A stretch of 47,321 nucleotides of DNA from the NCBI GenBank assembly GCA_965662235.1, contig CBFIGY010000022.1, forward strand, positions 1-47,321, in the 5' to 3' direction. Origin of the DNA: an uncultured bacterium (GTDB lineage Bacteria > SAR324 > NAC60-12). A model generated the notes under the pieces. The model did not search any database. It worked only from the letters and a program-made list of their open reading frames with translations, and was not told the origin of the DNA. A program made the translations under genes and the position numbers. Within the stretch, counting starts at the first letter, position 1. Every line of letters begins with the position of its first letter. Shown here piece by piece: positions 31,042 through 40,313 of this stretch.

Positions 31042-32403
31042 CTACAGGGTCTTGAGGTACCAGTCGTACTCAAGCGGATGGAAGAACTCCTGAAAGCGCT
31101 CCTGCTCCCCTCGCTTCAGGTTGCAGTAAAGTTCCCAGAAGTTCCGCCCCAGTGCATCCGGAAGCACCTTTCCCCGTTCAAAGGCAAAGGCGGCCTGCTC
31201 CCAGCTTCGGGGAAGGTCGGAGCCCTGCTGATAAGCGTCTCCTGTCGTGGGAGGAGGAGGCGTGAGCTGGTGCGTGAGGCCATGGTCGATGGCGGCCAGC
31301 AGCGCGGCAACCAGCAGAAAAGGATTGGCCCCAGCCCCGGCCAGGCGGTGCTCCACGCGGGTGGCCTCGGGGAGGCCTGCAGGAATACGGACCGCTGTTG
31401 TGCGGTTGTTGTACCCCCAGGTGCGGTTGCAGGGGGCAAAGGATCCGGGCTTGAACCGTTGATACGAATTCGCATGAGGGGCACAGAGGAGCATCGACTC
31501 CTCCATCAGCGTCATCAGCCCTCCTACCGCGTGTTGCAGGACCTCGCTGCCCAACGGAGTGTCTCCCTGGAAGACATTGCGGCCAGAGGCGTCCAGCAGG
31601 CTCAGGTGGGTGTGCATGCCGTTCCCCGCACGGTCTTGATAGGGTTTCGGCATGAAGGTCGCCTCCATGTCGTGCCGAAGGGCAACGTTGCGGATGATGT
31701 GCTTGAGCATCAATGCGTCTTCACAGGCCTGAACCGGGTCGGGAACGTGCTGGAGGTTGATCTCAAACTGCCCGGCATCGAGTTCGGCGACAGCGGTTTC
31801 TGCAGGAATGTTGAGGGCCACCGCCGACTGCTGCACCTCCTTGAGGAATTCACCGTAGGTGTCCAGGGCCCGGAAGGCGTAGAGCTGACTTTCGGTTTCC
31901 CGGATGCCGGTCCGCGGAGAGCGTGGAGGCTGCGGCAGTCCCTTGCGGTTGGGCTGCTTGTCGATGAGGTAAAACTCCATCTCAATCGCCACCACCGGCG
32001 TCCACTGCCGTTCCTGGAAGCGCTTGAGGACGTGCTCCAGCACCGTCCGGGGGTCCCCAAAGTAAGGCGCCCCCTGCTCATCTTCCATGCGGAGCTGCAC
32101 CTGGGCCAGTCCATTGCGCCACGGGACTGTGCTCAGGGTTTCAGTGAGCACCTGACAGCGGCTGTCGCCATCGCCGCTGGCAAAGCCCAGCCCGGTGCGT
32201 TCAATGGTCTCTCCCGTAACACCCAGCGCGAAGACCGAGGTCGGCAAAAACACCCCCTCTTGTGCCACCTTGGGGAGCTTGGAGGCGAGGATGCGCTTGC
32301 CACGAAAGATGCCATGCATGTCGGCAATCTGGAGGTCCACAAACTCCAGATGAGGGTGAGCCTTGAGGTAGGCCTGAACAGAATCAAGATCGGTCATGAA
32401 CAT
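31042..32403 (-). CDS. puuA: Glutamine-synthetase-family gamma-glutamylpolyamine synthetase
   Basis: GIFRGKRI, EMEFYL, GQFEINL.H, ATFMPKP..AGNGMHTHLSL, NSYQRF, WGYNNRT.A.RIP, EHRLAGA.ANP, EYDWYL. Confidence 0.85.
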   Translation of the reverse strand: MFMTDLDSVQAYLKAHPHLEFVDLQIADMHGIFRGKRILASKLPKVAQEGVFLPTSVFALGVTGETIERTGLGFASGDGDSRCQVLTETLSTVPWRNGLAQVQLRMEDEQGAPYFGDPRTVLEHVLKRFQERQWTPVVAIEMEFYLIDKQPNRKGLPQPPRSPRTGIRETESQLYAFRALDTYGEFLKEVQQSAVALNIPAETAVAELDAGQFEINLQHVPDPVQACEDALMLKHIIRNVALRHDMEATFMPKPYQDRAGNGMHTHLSLLDASGRNVFQGDTPLGSEVLQHAVGGLMTLMEESMLLCAPHANSYQRFKPGSFAPCNRTWGYNNRTTAVRIPAGLPEATRVEHRLAGAGANPFLLVAALLAAIDHGLTHQLTPPPPTTGDAYQQGSDLPRSWEQAAFAFERGKVLPDALGRNFWELYCNLKRGEQERFQEFFHPLEYDWYLKTL

Positions 32404-32454
32404 CCGGACGCGTCCGCGTCAGCAATATGAGGAAGGCGGGAGCCCGGGCAAGGG

Positions 32455-32823
32455 TCAGCACTGGCGCTCAAGGGCGCGGTTCCGGTACGTCTTGTTCCGG
32501 TTGATCTCCTGACGAGACGGAAGCCGAGGAGGGGGAGCGCCCTGAAGCATCTGCTGCAGGCGTCCCTGCTGTCCGGAGGTGAGGGGAATGCCCTTGCGCT
32601 TGCGGTTCCAGGCATCCAGTTCCAGCTGCCGCTGCTGCTCTCCGGTGAACACCGGGCGTTCCTGCTCCGCCTCCACTTCCCGCTGCACCCGCCCCTCACA
32701 GAGGGTGCGCTTGTGCTGCTTCATGAAGAGACGATCCGTAGCAAATTCCTGAGCAACCGCCGGGGCCGGACTGACCCACAGCAGCATGCCGAGCAGAGTA
32801 AGAGACAGCAAAACGCGAAACAT
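32455..32823 (-). CDS. Secreted hypothetical protein
   Basis: Clear signal peptide (…PAVA-QE), basic mature part with two Cys; same orientation as puuAB. Confidence 0.65.
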   Translation of the reverse strand: MFRVLLSLTLLGMLLWVSPAPAVAQEFATDRLFMKQHKRTLCEGRVQREVEAEQERPVFTGEQQRQLELDAWNRKRKGIPLTSGQQGRLQQMLQGAPPPRLPSRQEINRNKTYRNRALERQC

Positions 32824-32837
32824 TTTTTAAAAGGGGC

Positions 32838-32865
32838 TCAAGTTTTGGGGCAAGAATGCCGATAA
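32838..32865 (+). promoter_or_regulatory. Sigma-28 (FliA/SigD)-type promoter
   Basis: TCAAGTTTT...GCCGATAA: perfect -10 octamer GCCGATAA (32858-32865), with TCAAG ending 15 nt upstream. Confidence 0.7.
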
Positions 32866-32871
32866 CCCTGA

Positions 32872-33232
32872 TCAAGAAAGTCTTTTCTTCAGGAGTTGAA
32901 GAAGGAGACAAGCAAGTTTAACGCCTGCCAAGCGCAGCAATGGATGGCACCTTTTCGGGACACGCTTCCGGACTGGAGTGCAGCGGGTCAGGCGACGAGT
33001 TGTGTTCTTGGACAAACCGATTCCTTGATGACGTCCCTTGAGAAAGAGACCCCTCGGACAGGTGCCGGCAGCGCAGGCTTCCCTTCAGGCTCCGGAGTCT
33101 TCACGTGCGTGAAGGCTTCAGGCAAGGAGGTGGGCTTAGTGAACGCCAGCCTCAGGTCCGGAGGCTTTTTGAGAGGAGGCGGCTTGGTCGATGCCGCTTG
33201 GGAAGCGCTTCCCAAAAGAGCCCACTGTTGCC
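32872..33232 (+). ncRNA. Candidate structured non-coding RNA or long leader (family not recognised)
   Basis: Lies behind the sigma-28 promoter, has no protein-like ORF, and contains many nested helices and a U-tailed hairpin at 33148-33170. Ends are approximate. Confidence 0.45.
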
Positions 33233-33334
33233 GCCACCGGGCCGTCAAAAGGAGTCTGAACGCAGTTTTTTTAGGTTCAACTGTAGCTTATCCCCGTTTT
33301 GGGGTTTATCCTGTAACCAACGTTAAGGAGCGTT

Positions 33335-33559
33335 ATGACGCCATCCGAACAGAAGATTGAACAGTACCACTCCATTGTTGGAGCCGACACCAGCTTCCGC
33401 TTTGAAGAGAAAGTGGCTCAGGCGGTGTTGGAGCTTGCGGAGTCATTGGAAGGCAACTTCATGGATGACGAGTCCAAGGTCGACTACGCGACCCATGTGT
33501 TTGCCAAAATGCTGGATGACCTCGCAGACTTCCTGGAACATCCACGTCTCATGAACTGA
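33335..33559 (+). CDS. Small acidic hypothetical protein (74 aa)
   Basis: Strong SD AAGGAG, host-like codons, amphipathic helices; abuts the next ORF. Confidence 0.75.
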   Translation: MTPSEQKIEQYHSIVGADTSFRFEEKVAQAVLELAESLEGNFMDDESKVDYATHVFAKMLDDLADFLEHPRLMN

Positions 33560-34960
33560 ATGACCCCTGTCGCGTCGCCCGGATCCGTCCGGGCGCGGCT
33601 GGAGAAGCAGCGATTTGGAACCTGGCTCCGCTTGGCGGGGCTGAGTTTCTTCAGTGCCGCCCTGGTGCTGATGGCTTTGCTGGTTTTCCAGGAAATTCCC
33701 CCCGCTTTTGAGGTCTGGGTTGCGATCAACCTTGCCCTGCTGACGGTCTGTTTGGTCGGAAGCTGGCTGGTGAGTGCACAGGTCGCCCGGCGCCTCCTCC
33801 TCCGTCAGCACCCGGAACTGGCTGAAGCGCTCCGGACGGCTGAAGCGCTGTCTGCGCAGCCAACCCCCAGTCCGGAAGACGACTTCTTCCGCGCCCGTCA
33901 CCTTGACCACCTAGAGACGCAACTGCAAGCGCAGCAGCAGGCCCTGGAGCCTCGTTGGCGCGTGCCGGTGCTGTTGGGAGTGCTGGCGCAGGGACTGTGG
34001 CTGGTGGCCCTGTGGGGCATTCCGGGAAACCCGGCGTTTCTGGAGTGGCGCGATGGTCCGGTTCCAGAAGTTGCCGGGTCGTACCGACTGCTCTTTCCCG
34101 CCTACCTTGAGCGAGAGCCTCAGGTGCTCGAAACCCTTCCGGAGCAGCTCCGCCTGCCCCGGGGAACGCGCTTGGAGATTCTGCTGGAAGACCGTCCTGA
34201 GTCGGGAGACCGCAGCCGCTTGGAGTTTCCCGAGCAGCCTCCGGAGCCTCTGCAGTGGCTGGAACAGCAGGGTCGCTGGCTGGCTGCGGTGACCCCGTTG
34301 GCCTCCGGAACCCTCTTCCTCGACTGGGAACGTCGGCGGATTCCCCTAGAGATCATTCCAGATGCGGCGCCTGAGCTGTTTGTGCTGTGGCCCAACCTGG
34401 AGCACATCTTCGACAGCTCCCCCCTCCCGGTGGACCTGACTGCGACCGACGATCATGCGCTGCTCCGCATCACGCTCTACTACCGGGTGGAGCAGACGGG
34501 GCAGACGTATCGGGAGATCATTCAGGCCTTTGAGTCGAAGGTCTCAGAGCATCAAGAACTCTACACCTGGGAACTCTCTGGGACGCCTCTGCGGGCAGGC
34601 GACAACGTCACCGCCTGGATTGAAGCGACGGACCGGGACACGCTGATGGGCCCGAACGTGGCGCGTTCAGAGGAGTTCCAGTTTACGGTGGAAAGCCTGC
34701 GGGAGTTCCATGAACGCCTGCTGGCACGGCTCTGGGAAGTGGATTCGGGGCTCCGTGAACTGCTGGGATTCCTGGACCGGAAGCTGATTCCTGAGACCAC
34801 GGATCAGGAGCGTTACCTGGAGGAACTGCTGGAGCGCATCAAGCGCGACATGACGTGGGATCCGCTCCTCTCCGACCCCCTCAAGAGCCTGGTCCGGGAG
34901 CTGCAGAATCGCTTGGAAGACTACCGCACCCGGCGCCGTCAGGCCGGACCCGCCAGCTGA
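33560..34960 (+). CDS. DUF4175-like membrane protein (short form)
   Basis: Three N-terminal TMs, P.YL motif, IPDAAP, A.DDHAL, L.AGD.VT.WIEA.D.D...GPN..RS, as in DUF4175-type proteins. Confidence 0.65.
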   Translation: MTPVASPGSVRARLEKQRFGTWLRLAGLSFFSAALVLMALLVFQEIPPAFEVWVAINLALLTVCLVGSWLVSAQVARRLLLRQHPELAEALRTAEALSAQPTPSPEDDFFRARHLDHLETQLQAQQQALEPRWRVPVLLGVLAQGLWLVALWGIPGNPAFLEWRDGPVPEVAGSYRLLFPAYLEREPQVLETLPEQLRLPRGTRLEILLEDRPESGDRSRLEFPEQPPEPLQWLEQQGRWLAAVTPLASGTLFLDWERRRIPLEIIPDAAPELFVLWPNLEHIFDSSPLPVDLTATDDHALLRITLYYRVEQTGQTYREIIQAFESKVSEHQELYTWELSGTPLRAGDNVTAWIEATDRDTLMGPNVARSEEFQFTVESLREFHERLLARLWEVDSGLRELLGFLDRKLIPETTDQERYLEELLERIKRDMTWDPLLSDPLKSLVRELQNRLEDYRTRRRQAGPAS

Positions 34961-35613
34961 CGCTTCTCGACATCCCGTTTCAAGTAAAGAGGGTGAACGC
35001 GGTCAAACGCGTCTGGGCCGTGCTGTTCCAAGCGGGTGCGTCCGAGCTGTGTGAGGAGCGTTGCATCGGGCGCCAGGGTGCGGCGTGGCCGCTGCGGGAG
35101 CACCGCAAAGGCCGGATCGGGTTGGGGAGCAATGGAGTGAAAGATTCCGGGCCGCTCCGTGACGGCGGCAGACAGGTCTTCCCAGCGGCTCAGCGTGGGA
35201 GCATCGAGTAAACGGACGGCGCTTCCGTCGTGGTGCGCTTCGGCGACAAAGACTTCTCGGCGGGTGCAGTTGAGCAGCACCGGAAACGGCTCCTCCGCAG
35301 GTTCCGCTTGTGCTGCCAGCAGTTCCAGGGCATTGACCGCAACCAGTGGCTTGCGCCTTACCTGCGCCAGCGTTTTGATGACCGACATGCCAATCCGGAC
35401 GCCGGTATACGAACCGGGTCCCTGGTTGACAATGAACAGGTCCACGTCCTGGATCGTCAGGCGGAGGTCCTGAAACGCTGGATCCAGCAGCTCAAACAGA
35501 GCACTGGCGTTTCGTCGGCGGGTGAGGGCATAATGCTGGGCCAAAACTTCGGTGTCCCGCTGGAGGGCAAACGCGAGGTGCCCAAAAGCGGTGTCAAGGG
35601 CGAGGGAGAGCAT
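34939..35613 (-). CDS. tsaB: tRNA t6A biosynthesis protein TsaB
   Basis: LALDTA, GPGSYTGVRIG, C-terminal PLYLK. Confidence 0.92.
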   Translation of the reverse strand: MLSLALDTAFGHLAFALQRDTEVLAQHYALTRRRNASALFELLDPAFQDLRLTIQDVDLFIVNQGPGSYTGVRIGMSVIKTLAQVRRKPLVAVNALELLAAQAEPAEEPFPVLLNCTRREVFVAEAHHDGSAVRLLDAPTLSRWEDLSAAVTERPGIFHSIAPQPDPAFAVLPQRPRRTLAPDATLLTQLGRTRLEQHGPDAFDRVHPLYLKRDVEKRQLAGPA

Positions 35614-36086
35614 CAGGGCTCAAGGTCCTTAAGCAGAGAAAAGAGTTCAGGAGATGCGGTTTCCAGCTCCAGGTGACGTCCGTCGGGAGTGGGAGTGAGG
35701 CGGATTTCCAGAGTGGGAGCTTCCGGAAGCCCCTCTCGGATCAGGTCTGGCCACTCAATGAGGCTGACGCCCTCCGGAGGGATCAGTTCCTCTGGGTCAA
35801 AGGCCTCCAGCTGCGACTCCTCTTCCAGCCGGTAGAGGTCCACGTGATGCACGGGAACCCGTCCGGAGTAGATGTGAACAATGGTGTAGGTGGGAGAGGT
35901 GATGGAGTCGGGGTTCACGCCCAATCCGGCGCCAATGCCTTTGGTCAGAGTGGTCTTGCCGCTGCCCATGGGGCCCTGGAGCAGGACGATTTGTCCGGGC
36001 TCCAGTTGCGCTCCCAAGCGTGCTCCCCAGGCCTGAGTGGCTTCTGGAGTGGGGAGCTGAAGAGAGATGACGCGGGAATCACCCAT
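35613..36086 (-). CDS. tsaE: tRNA t6A biosynthesis ATPase TsaE
   Basis: GPMGSGKTTL, ITSPTYTIV..Y, HVDLYRL, IEWPD; TGATG-coupled to tsaB. Confidence 0.94.
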   Translation of the reverse strand: MGDSRVISLQLPTPEATQAWGARLGAQLEPGQIVLLQGPMGSGKTTLTKGIGAGLGVNPDSITSPTYTIVHIYSGRVPVHHVDLYRLEEESQLEAFDPEELIPPEGVSLIEWPDLIREGLPEAPTLEIRLTPTPDGRHLELETASPELFSLLKDLEP

Positions 36087-36753
36087 GCGGAAGCACTGTT
36101 TGTTGAGCTGTGAACGGGTTTGTTATGCGCCCGACCCCGAGGGCTTCTGGGGCTGGGATGTCTTTGAGATGTCGTGGGAGCTGTTCCCGGAGGCTCCGGT
36201 TTCGCTGCTGACCACACGTCCGGATCAAGAAGAATTAGTATGGCGACTCCTCTTGGGGAAGCTCAAGCCCAAAGCAGGCGGCTGGTCCGGAGGCGGGCGC
36301 CAGGCGCTGCAGGGAGATGCAGACATCTGGGACCGGGCGGCACGGCAGAACAGTCTGGAAGAGAACCTGCGGTCTCGGCTCTTCACCGATCGTCCCTGGC
36401 TGGAAGGACGCCGCAGGGATCACCTGCAGTTGTTTCACCTGCTTGGACTTTCGGTGCGGGAACGGAAGACGCCCTTGGGAATGCTGCGTGGCGTGGCGAA
36501 GAGCCGGGCATGGCTGTGTCTGGTGCTCTGTGCGCGCTTCCGGGTGCTGGTGGTCCGAGGCCTGTCGCACAGCGATGATGCACAGACTCAGGACCTGCTG
36601 CGCCGGTGGCTGAAGACCTTCTCCGGGGGCGTGCTGTTCCTCAATGCTCCGGTTTCCTGGCGCACCGATTGCGTCCACCACCTGGTGCTCGATTCCAGTG
36701 GCACCACCCATTCTGTCAACTCCTCCGTTTCCGTACCACCGCATGCGCTTTGA
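36085..36753 (+). CDS. Degenerate ABC-ATPase-like hypothetical protein
   Basis: Retains ABC scaffold elements (LLLGKLKPKAG, SLEENL, LLGL...TPLGML.G..KSR, WLKTFSGGVLFL) but lacks Walker A/B. Overlaps the dnaG start. Start uncertain. Confidence 0.55.
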   Translation: MRKHCLLSCERVCYAPDPEGFWGWDVFEMSWELFPEAPVSLLTTRPDQEELVWRLLLGKLKPKAGGWSGGGRQALQGDADIWDRAARQNSLEENLRSRLFTDRPWLEGRRRDHLQLFHLLGLSVRERKTPLGMLRGVAKSRAWLCLVLCARFRVLVVRGLSHSDDAQTQDLLRRWLKTFSGGVLFLNAPVSWRTDCVHHLVLDSSGTTHSVNSSVSVPPHAL

Positions 36754-38500
36754 ACGAGAATTCGTCCAGCAGGTTGAGGCGGCAACCGACCTGGTTTCGC
36801 TGATTCAGGATCATGGGGTGGTCCTGAAGAAGGCCGGGGGCAACTACAAAGGCTGCTGCCCCTTCCACTCGGAAAAAACGCCCTCCTTCAATGTCAACCC
36901 CCAGCGAAACTTCTACCACTGCTTCGGCTGCGGAGTGGGAGGAGGCCCCCTCAAGTTCCTCATGGATCACGACCGGCTCGGCTTTGTGGAGGCGGTGGAG
37001 GACCTGGCGCAACGAAGCGGCATCGCGCTTCCGGAACGAACCGATGCTCCCCGACGACGACCTGCAGACGATCCAGGCCTGCGTGCGCTGACGCAGGCAG
37101 CCGCTTTTTATGAGCAGCAGCTTTCTGGAACAATGGGGGGCAACGTGCGGCGGTACCTAGCGGAGCGGATGGTTCCGGAGGCAATGTGGTCGACGTTTCG
37201 TCTGGGGTACGCGCCGGACGATTGGCGGAGCGTGCTCCGGCACCTTGAGGAAGCCCAGTGCTCGGAAGAGGTGCTGCTGCAGGCGGGGCTGATCAAGCAG
37301 TCTGAGCGCTCTGGCCGGGCGTATGACCGCTTCCGGAACCGCCTCATGTTTCCCATCCGGGACCTCCGGGGGCGGGTGATTGGGTTTGGAGGCCGCATCT
37401 TTGGTGATGCGGAGGGGCCGAAGTACCTCAACAGTCCGGAGAGCGAGTACTACCACAAGAGTCAGGTGCTTTATGGCCTGTATGAGGGCCTAGAGACGAT
37501 CCGCTCCAAGCGTGAGATGATCTTTGTTGAAGGGTACCTGGATGTGATTCGGCTGCACGAGCACGGCATTCGCCAAGCGGTTGCCCCCTGCGGAACCGCG
37601 TTGACGGAGGAGCACGTGGCACTGGTTGCCCGTTACGCAGACCGGGCGGTGCTGGTGTTTGATGGCGATGACGCCGGACGCAACGCCGCGTTGAAGAGCT
37701 GTGCCCTCTTTTTAGGAAAGCGGCTGCAGGTGGAAATCGTCACGCTCCCGCCCCAAGAGGATCCGGACACCTTGCTCCTGCACGGAGGCGCGCCTGCGTT
37801 TGAAGCTGTGGTGCAGCAGGGACAGAACCTGGTGGACTTCTGGGTGGAACGAACCCTGGCCAAGCATCCGGACACGCCTCAGGGGAAGGTGGTGGCGCTG
37901 GAAGCCCTGCTGGCGGACCTGCAGCCACTGGAGGAGTCTCCACTCAAGCAGCTGCTGCTGCAGAGCGTGGGCGATCGGCTACGACTGGACCCCCAAACGC
38001 TCGGAGCCTCGGCAAAGCGCTTGCAACGTGCTCCAGAAAATGATAAAAAACCCAGTTTGTCTGCCACCCCTGCCGTCATACGGGACGAGTACTGGATTCT
38101 CCAGGCAATGCTAACCGCCAAGCACCTCGCAACCCAAGCACGGGAGCAACTTCAGGCCGATGACTTCCAAGACCCACGCTGGCAGAAGCTCTTTCTGCAC
38201 CTGGTGCAGCTCTCCGATGACGAGCTTTCCCGCTTTGATCCCATCGACCTTGAACCCATCCATCCCGACCTCAGCCGTGACGCCATGGAGTTGCTGGCTG
38301 GGGAATTCCTAGAAACCCATGTTGAGGAACAGTTTCACCTCTCCTTAGGGCGTTTAAAAGAACGTGCCCTGCAGCGTCGGAAGGGAAGCCTAGAGGCCCC
38401 GGACGACTGGGAACAACGGCTGCAGAGTGGCATGGCGTGGCGTCAGGAATGGCAACGCACCCGGCGCTATCGGCACGAACCCAGAACCTCAAACCCGTAG
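36743..38500 (+). CDS. dnaG: DNA primase
   Basis: Zn finger [56 protein letters not shown]. Start at ATG 36743. Confidence 0.96.
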   Translation: MRFEREFVQQVEAATDLVSLIQDHGVVLKKAGGNYKGCCPFHSEKTPSFNVNPQRNFYHCFGCGVGGGPLKFLMDHDRLGFVEAVEDLAQRSGIALPERTDAPRRRPADDPGLRALTQAAAFYEQQLSGTMGGNVRRYLAERMVPEAMWSTFRLGYAPDDWRSVLRHLEEAQCSEEVLLQAGLIKQSERSGRAYDRFRNRLMFPIRDLRGRVIGFGGRIFGDAEGPKYLNSPESEYYHKSQVLYGLYEGLETIRSKREMIFVEGYLDVIRLHEHGIRQAVAPCGTALTEEHVALVARYADRAVLVFDGDDAGRNAALKSCALFLGKRLQVEIVTLPPQEDPDTLLLHGGAPAFEAVVQQGQNLVDFWVERTLAKHPDTPQGKVVALEALLADLQPLEESPLKQLLLQSVGDRLRLDPQTLGASAKRLQRAPENDKKPSLSATPAVIRDEYWILQAMLTAKHLATQAREQLQADDFQDPRWQKLFLHLVQLSDDELSRFDPIDLEPIHPDLSRDAMELLAGEFLETHVEEQFHLSLGRLKERALQRRKGSLEAPDDWEQRLQSGMAWRQEWQRTRRYRHEPRTSNP

Positions 38501-38505
38501 GGCAC

Positions 38506-40296
38506 ATGTCCGAGACTTCCGTCCTTCAAGACCTTCCCAAAAACGAATCGAAGCTCATTAAGGAACTGGTGGCCGAAGGCCGCGACAAGGGCTTCCTCAC
38601 GCATGACGACATCAACGGACAACTCCGCGACAACACCTCTCCGGAACAGATGGAGCGCCTGCTGGCGATCTTGGAAGAGGTTGGCATTGATGTGGTGGAC
38701 TCAGAGCGGCAGATTCGCATCAACTCTGCTGAGCGGGACGTTCCCGACCTGGACCTGGAGGAGTATCAAGAGCAGGAGCTGGACCTAGACCCGGGAGTGG
38801 ATAACTCCACAGACGACCCGGTTCGGATGTACCTGCGGGAGATGGGCACCATTCAGTTGCTGACGCGAGACGGTGAGATCAGCGTTGCTCAGCAGATTGA
38901 GCAGGGTCAGCAGGAACTGATTGAGATCTTTGTCCACTCCAACCTCATCATCCTCTACCTCATGGAGATCAACAAGCGCCTCAAGAGCCAAAAGCTCCGG
39001 GCCCGGCATGTGGTCAGTGGGCTCGATGAGGACGACAACGTCATTGAGGATGAAGACGCAGCAACGACTAAGCTGATCGAACATCTGGATGAGCTCCAAG
39101 AAAATTACGAGAAGGCGCAAAACCTGCAAGAGAAGGCACAGAAGCGCAAGCTGAGTGGTCCCCAAGGAAAGCAGTTGCAGGAAGCAGAGGACCGCATTCA
39201 GGAGATCATCCGGAGCATCAACTTCAACTCCCGGCAGCTGGAGCTGATGTGCTTGGAGATGTTCAAGCACAAGAACCGCATTGACCTAACGCGTCGGCAC
39301 ATTCAGGGATACATCAAGGCGCTCCAGACGCCGGTTGAGGAGCTGGATCAGCTCTTTGAAAGCTGGTACCAGGCGAAGGGGACCGAGGCCCGAAAAGCGG
39401 CCCAGGCGATTCATCAGCGCACCGGGGCTCCGGTGAACATTGCCAACCGGATCTATGAGAAGCTCAAGGCCGGGGAACGGCGTGTGCAAGCCATGACGGA
39501 TCGGACGGCCCTCACCTGGGAAGCCTTTCAGGCGGAGGTGGCGCTGCTGCGAGAGGCCGAGAGCAAGGTCAAGCGGGCCAAGGCTGCCCTGGTGGAAGCC
39601 AACCTGCGTCTGGTGATCAGCATTGCCAAGAAGTACACCAACCGAGGCCTGCAGTTCCTGGATCTCATTCAGGAGGGCAACATTGGCTTGATGAAGGCGG
39701 TGGACAAGTTTGAGTACCGGCGCGGCTACAAGTTCTCTACGTATGCCACCTGGTGGATCCGTCAGTCGATCACCCGAGCCATTGCGGATCAGGCCCGGAC
39801 CATCCGCATTCCGGTACACATGATTGAGACGATCAACAAGCTCTCTCGCATGTCCCGGACGCTGATTCAGGAGTATGGACGCGAGCCCACGGCCGATGAA
39901 ATTTCCGACCACATCGGCATGCCGCTGCACAAGGTCCGGAAGGTGCTGAAGATTGCCAAGGAACCGATTTCCCTGGACACGCCCATTGGGGACGATGACG
40001 ATTCGCAGCTCAAGGACTTCATTGCCGACGACAAGGCCGGAGATCCGAACGACGCGACCATCTATGCCAACATGGGTGAGAAGACACGAGAAGCGCTGGG
40101 TACCCTGACCGAGCGAGAAGAAAAGGTGCTGCGCATGCGGTTTGGCATTGATGAGATCAAGGACCACACCCTAGAAGAGGTGGGGCAGGACTTTGACGTC
40201 ACCCGGGAGCGCATCCGCCAGATTGAAGCGAAGGCCCTGCGTAAGCTGCGGCATCCTTCGCGATCGAAGCTGTTACGATCCTTTTACGAAGGTTAA
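38506..40296 (+). CDS. rpoD: RNA polymerase primary sigma factor RpoD
   Basis: Region 1.1, [66 protein letters not shown]. Confidence 0.97.
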   Translation: MSETSVLQDLPKNESKLIKELVAEGRDKGFLTHDDINGQLRDNTSPEQMERLLAILEEVGIDVVDSERQIRINSAERDVPDLDLEEYQEQELDLDPGVDNSTDDPVRMYLREMGTIQLLTRDGEISVAQQIEQGQQELIEIFVHSNLIILYLMEINKRLKSQKLRARHVVSGLDEDDNVIEDEDAATTKLIEHLDELQENYEKAQNLQEKAQKRKLSGPQGKQLQEAEDRIQEIIRSINFNSRQLELMCLEMFKHKNRIDLTRRHIQGYIKALQTPVEELDQLFESWYQAKGTEARKAAQAIHQRTGAPVNIANRIYEKLKAGERRVQAMTDRTALTWEAFQAEVALLREAESKVKRAKAALVEANLRLVISIAKKYTNRGLQFLDLIQEGNIGLMKAVDKFEYRRGYKFSTYATWWIRQSITRAIADQARTIRIPVHMIETINKLSRMSRTLIQEYGREPTADEISDHIGMPLHKVRKVLKIAKEPISLDTPIGDDDDSQLKDFIADDKAGDPNDATIYANMGEKTREALGTLTEREEKVLRMRFGIDEIKDHTLEEVGQDFDVTRERIRQIEAKALRKLRHPSRSKLLRSFYEG

Positions 40297-40313
40297 CCCC
40301 TGAGGAGTTGTTT

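Noticed and set aside
30961..32430. 489-aa plus-strand ORF
   Set aside because: Antisense shadow of the puuA-like gene.
32872..33260. Match to known RNAs (c-di-GMP-I, cobalamin, SAM-I and glycine riboswitches, SRP, RNase P, tmRNA, 6S)
   Set aside because: Only isolated words match (e.g. CAGGTCCGGA, GGGAAG, GACAAACC). The required cores and their order are missing by eye; a cmscan is still needed.
32896..33360. 154-aa ORF, 86-aa antisense ORF and a 33-codon ORF at 32940 within the structured gap
   Set aside because: Non-protein-like composition and codons; the AGGAG abuts the TTG with no spacing. RNA structure explains the region better, though a short peptide cannot be excluded.
39286..40167. 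293-aa minus-strand ORF
   Set aside because: Antisense shadow of rpoD.
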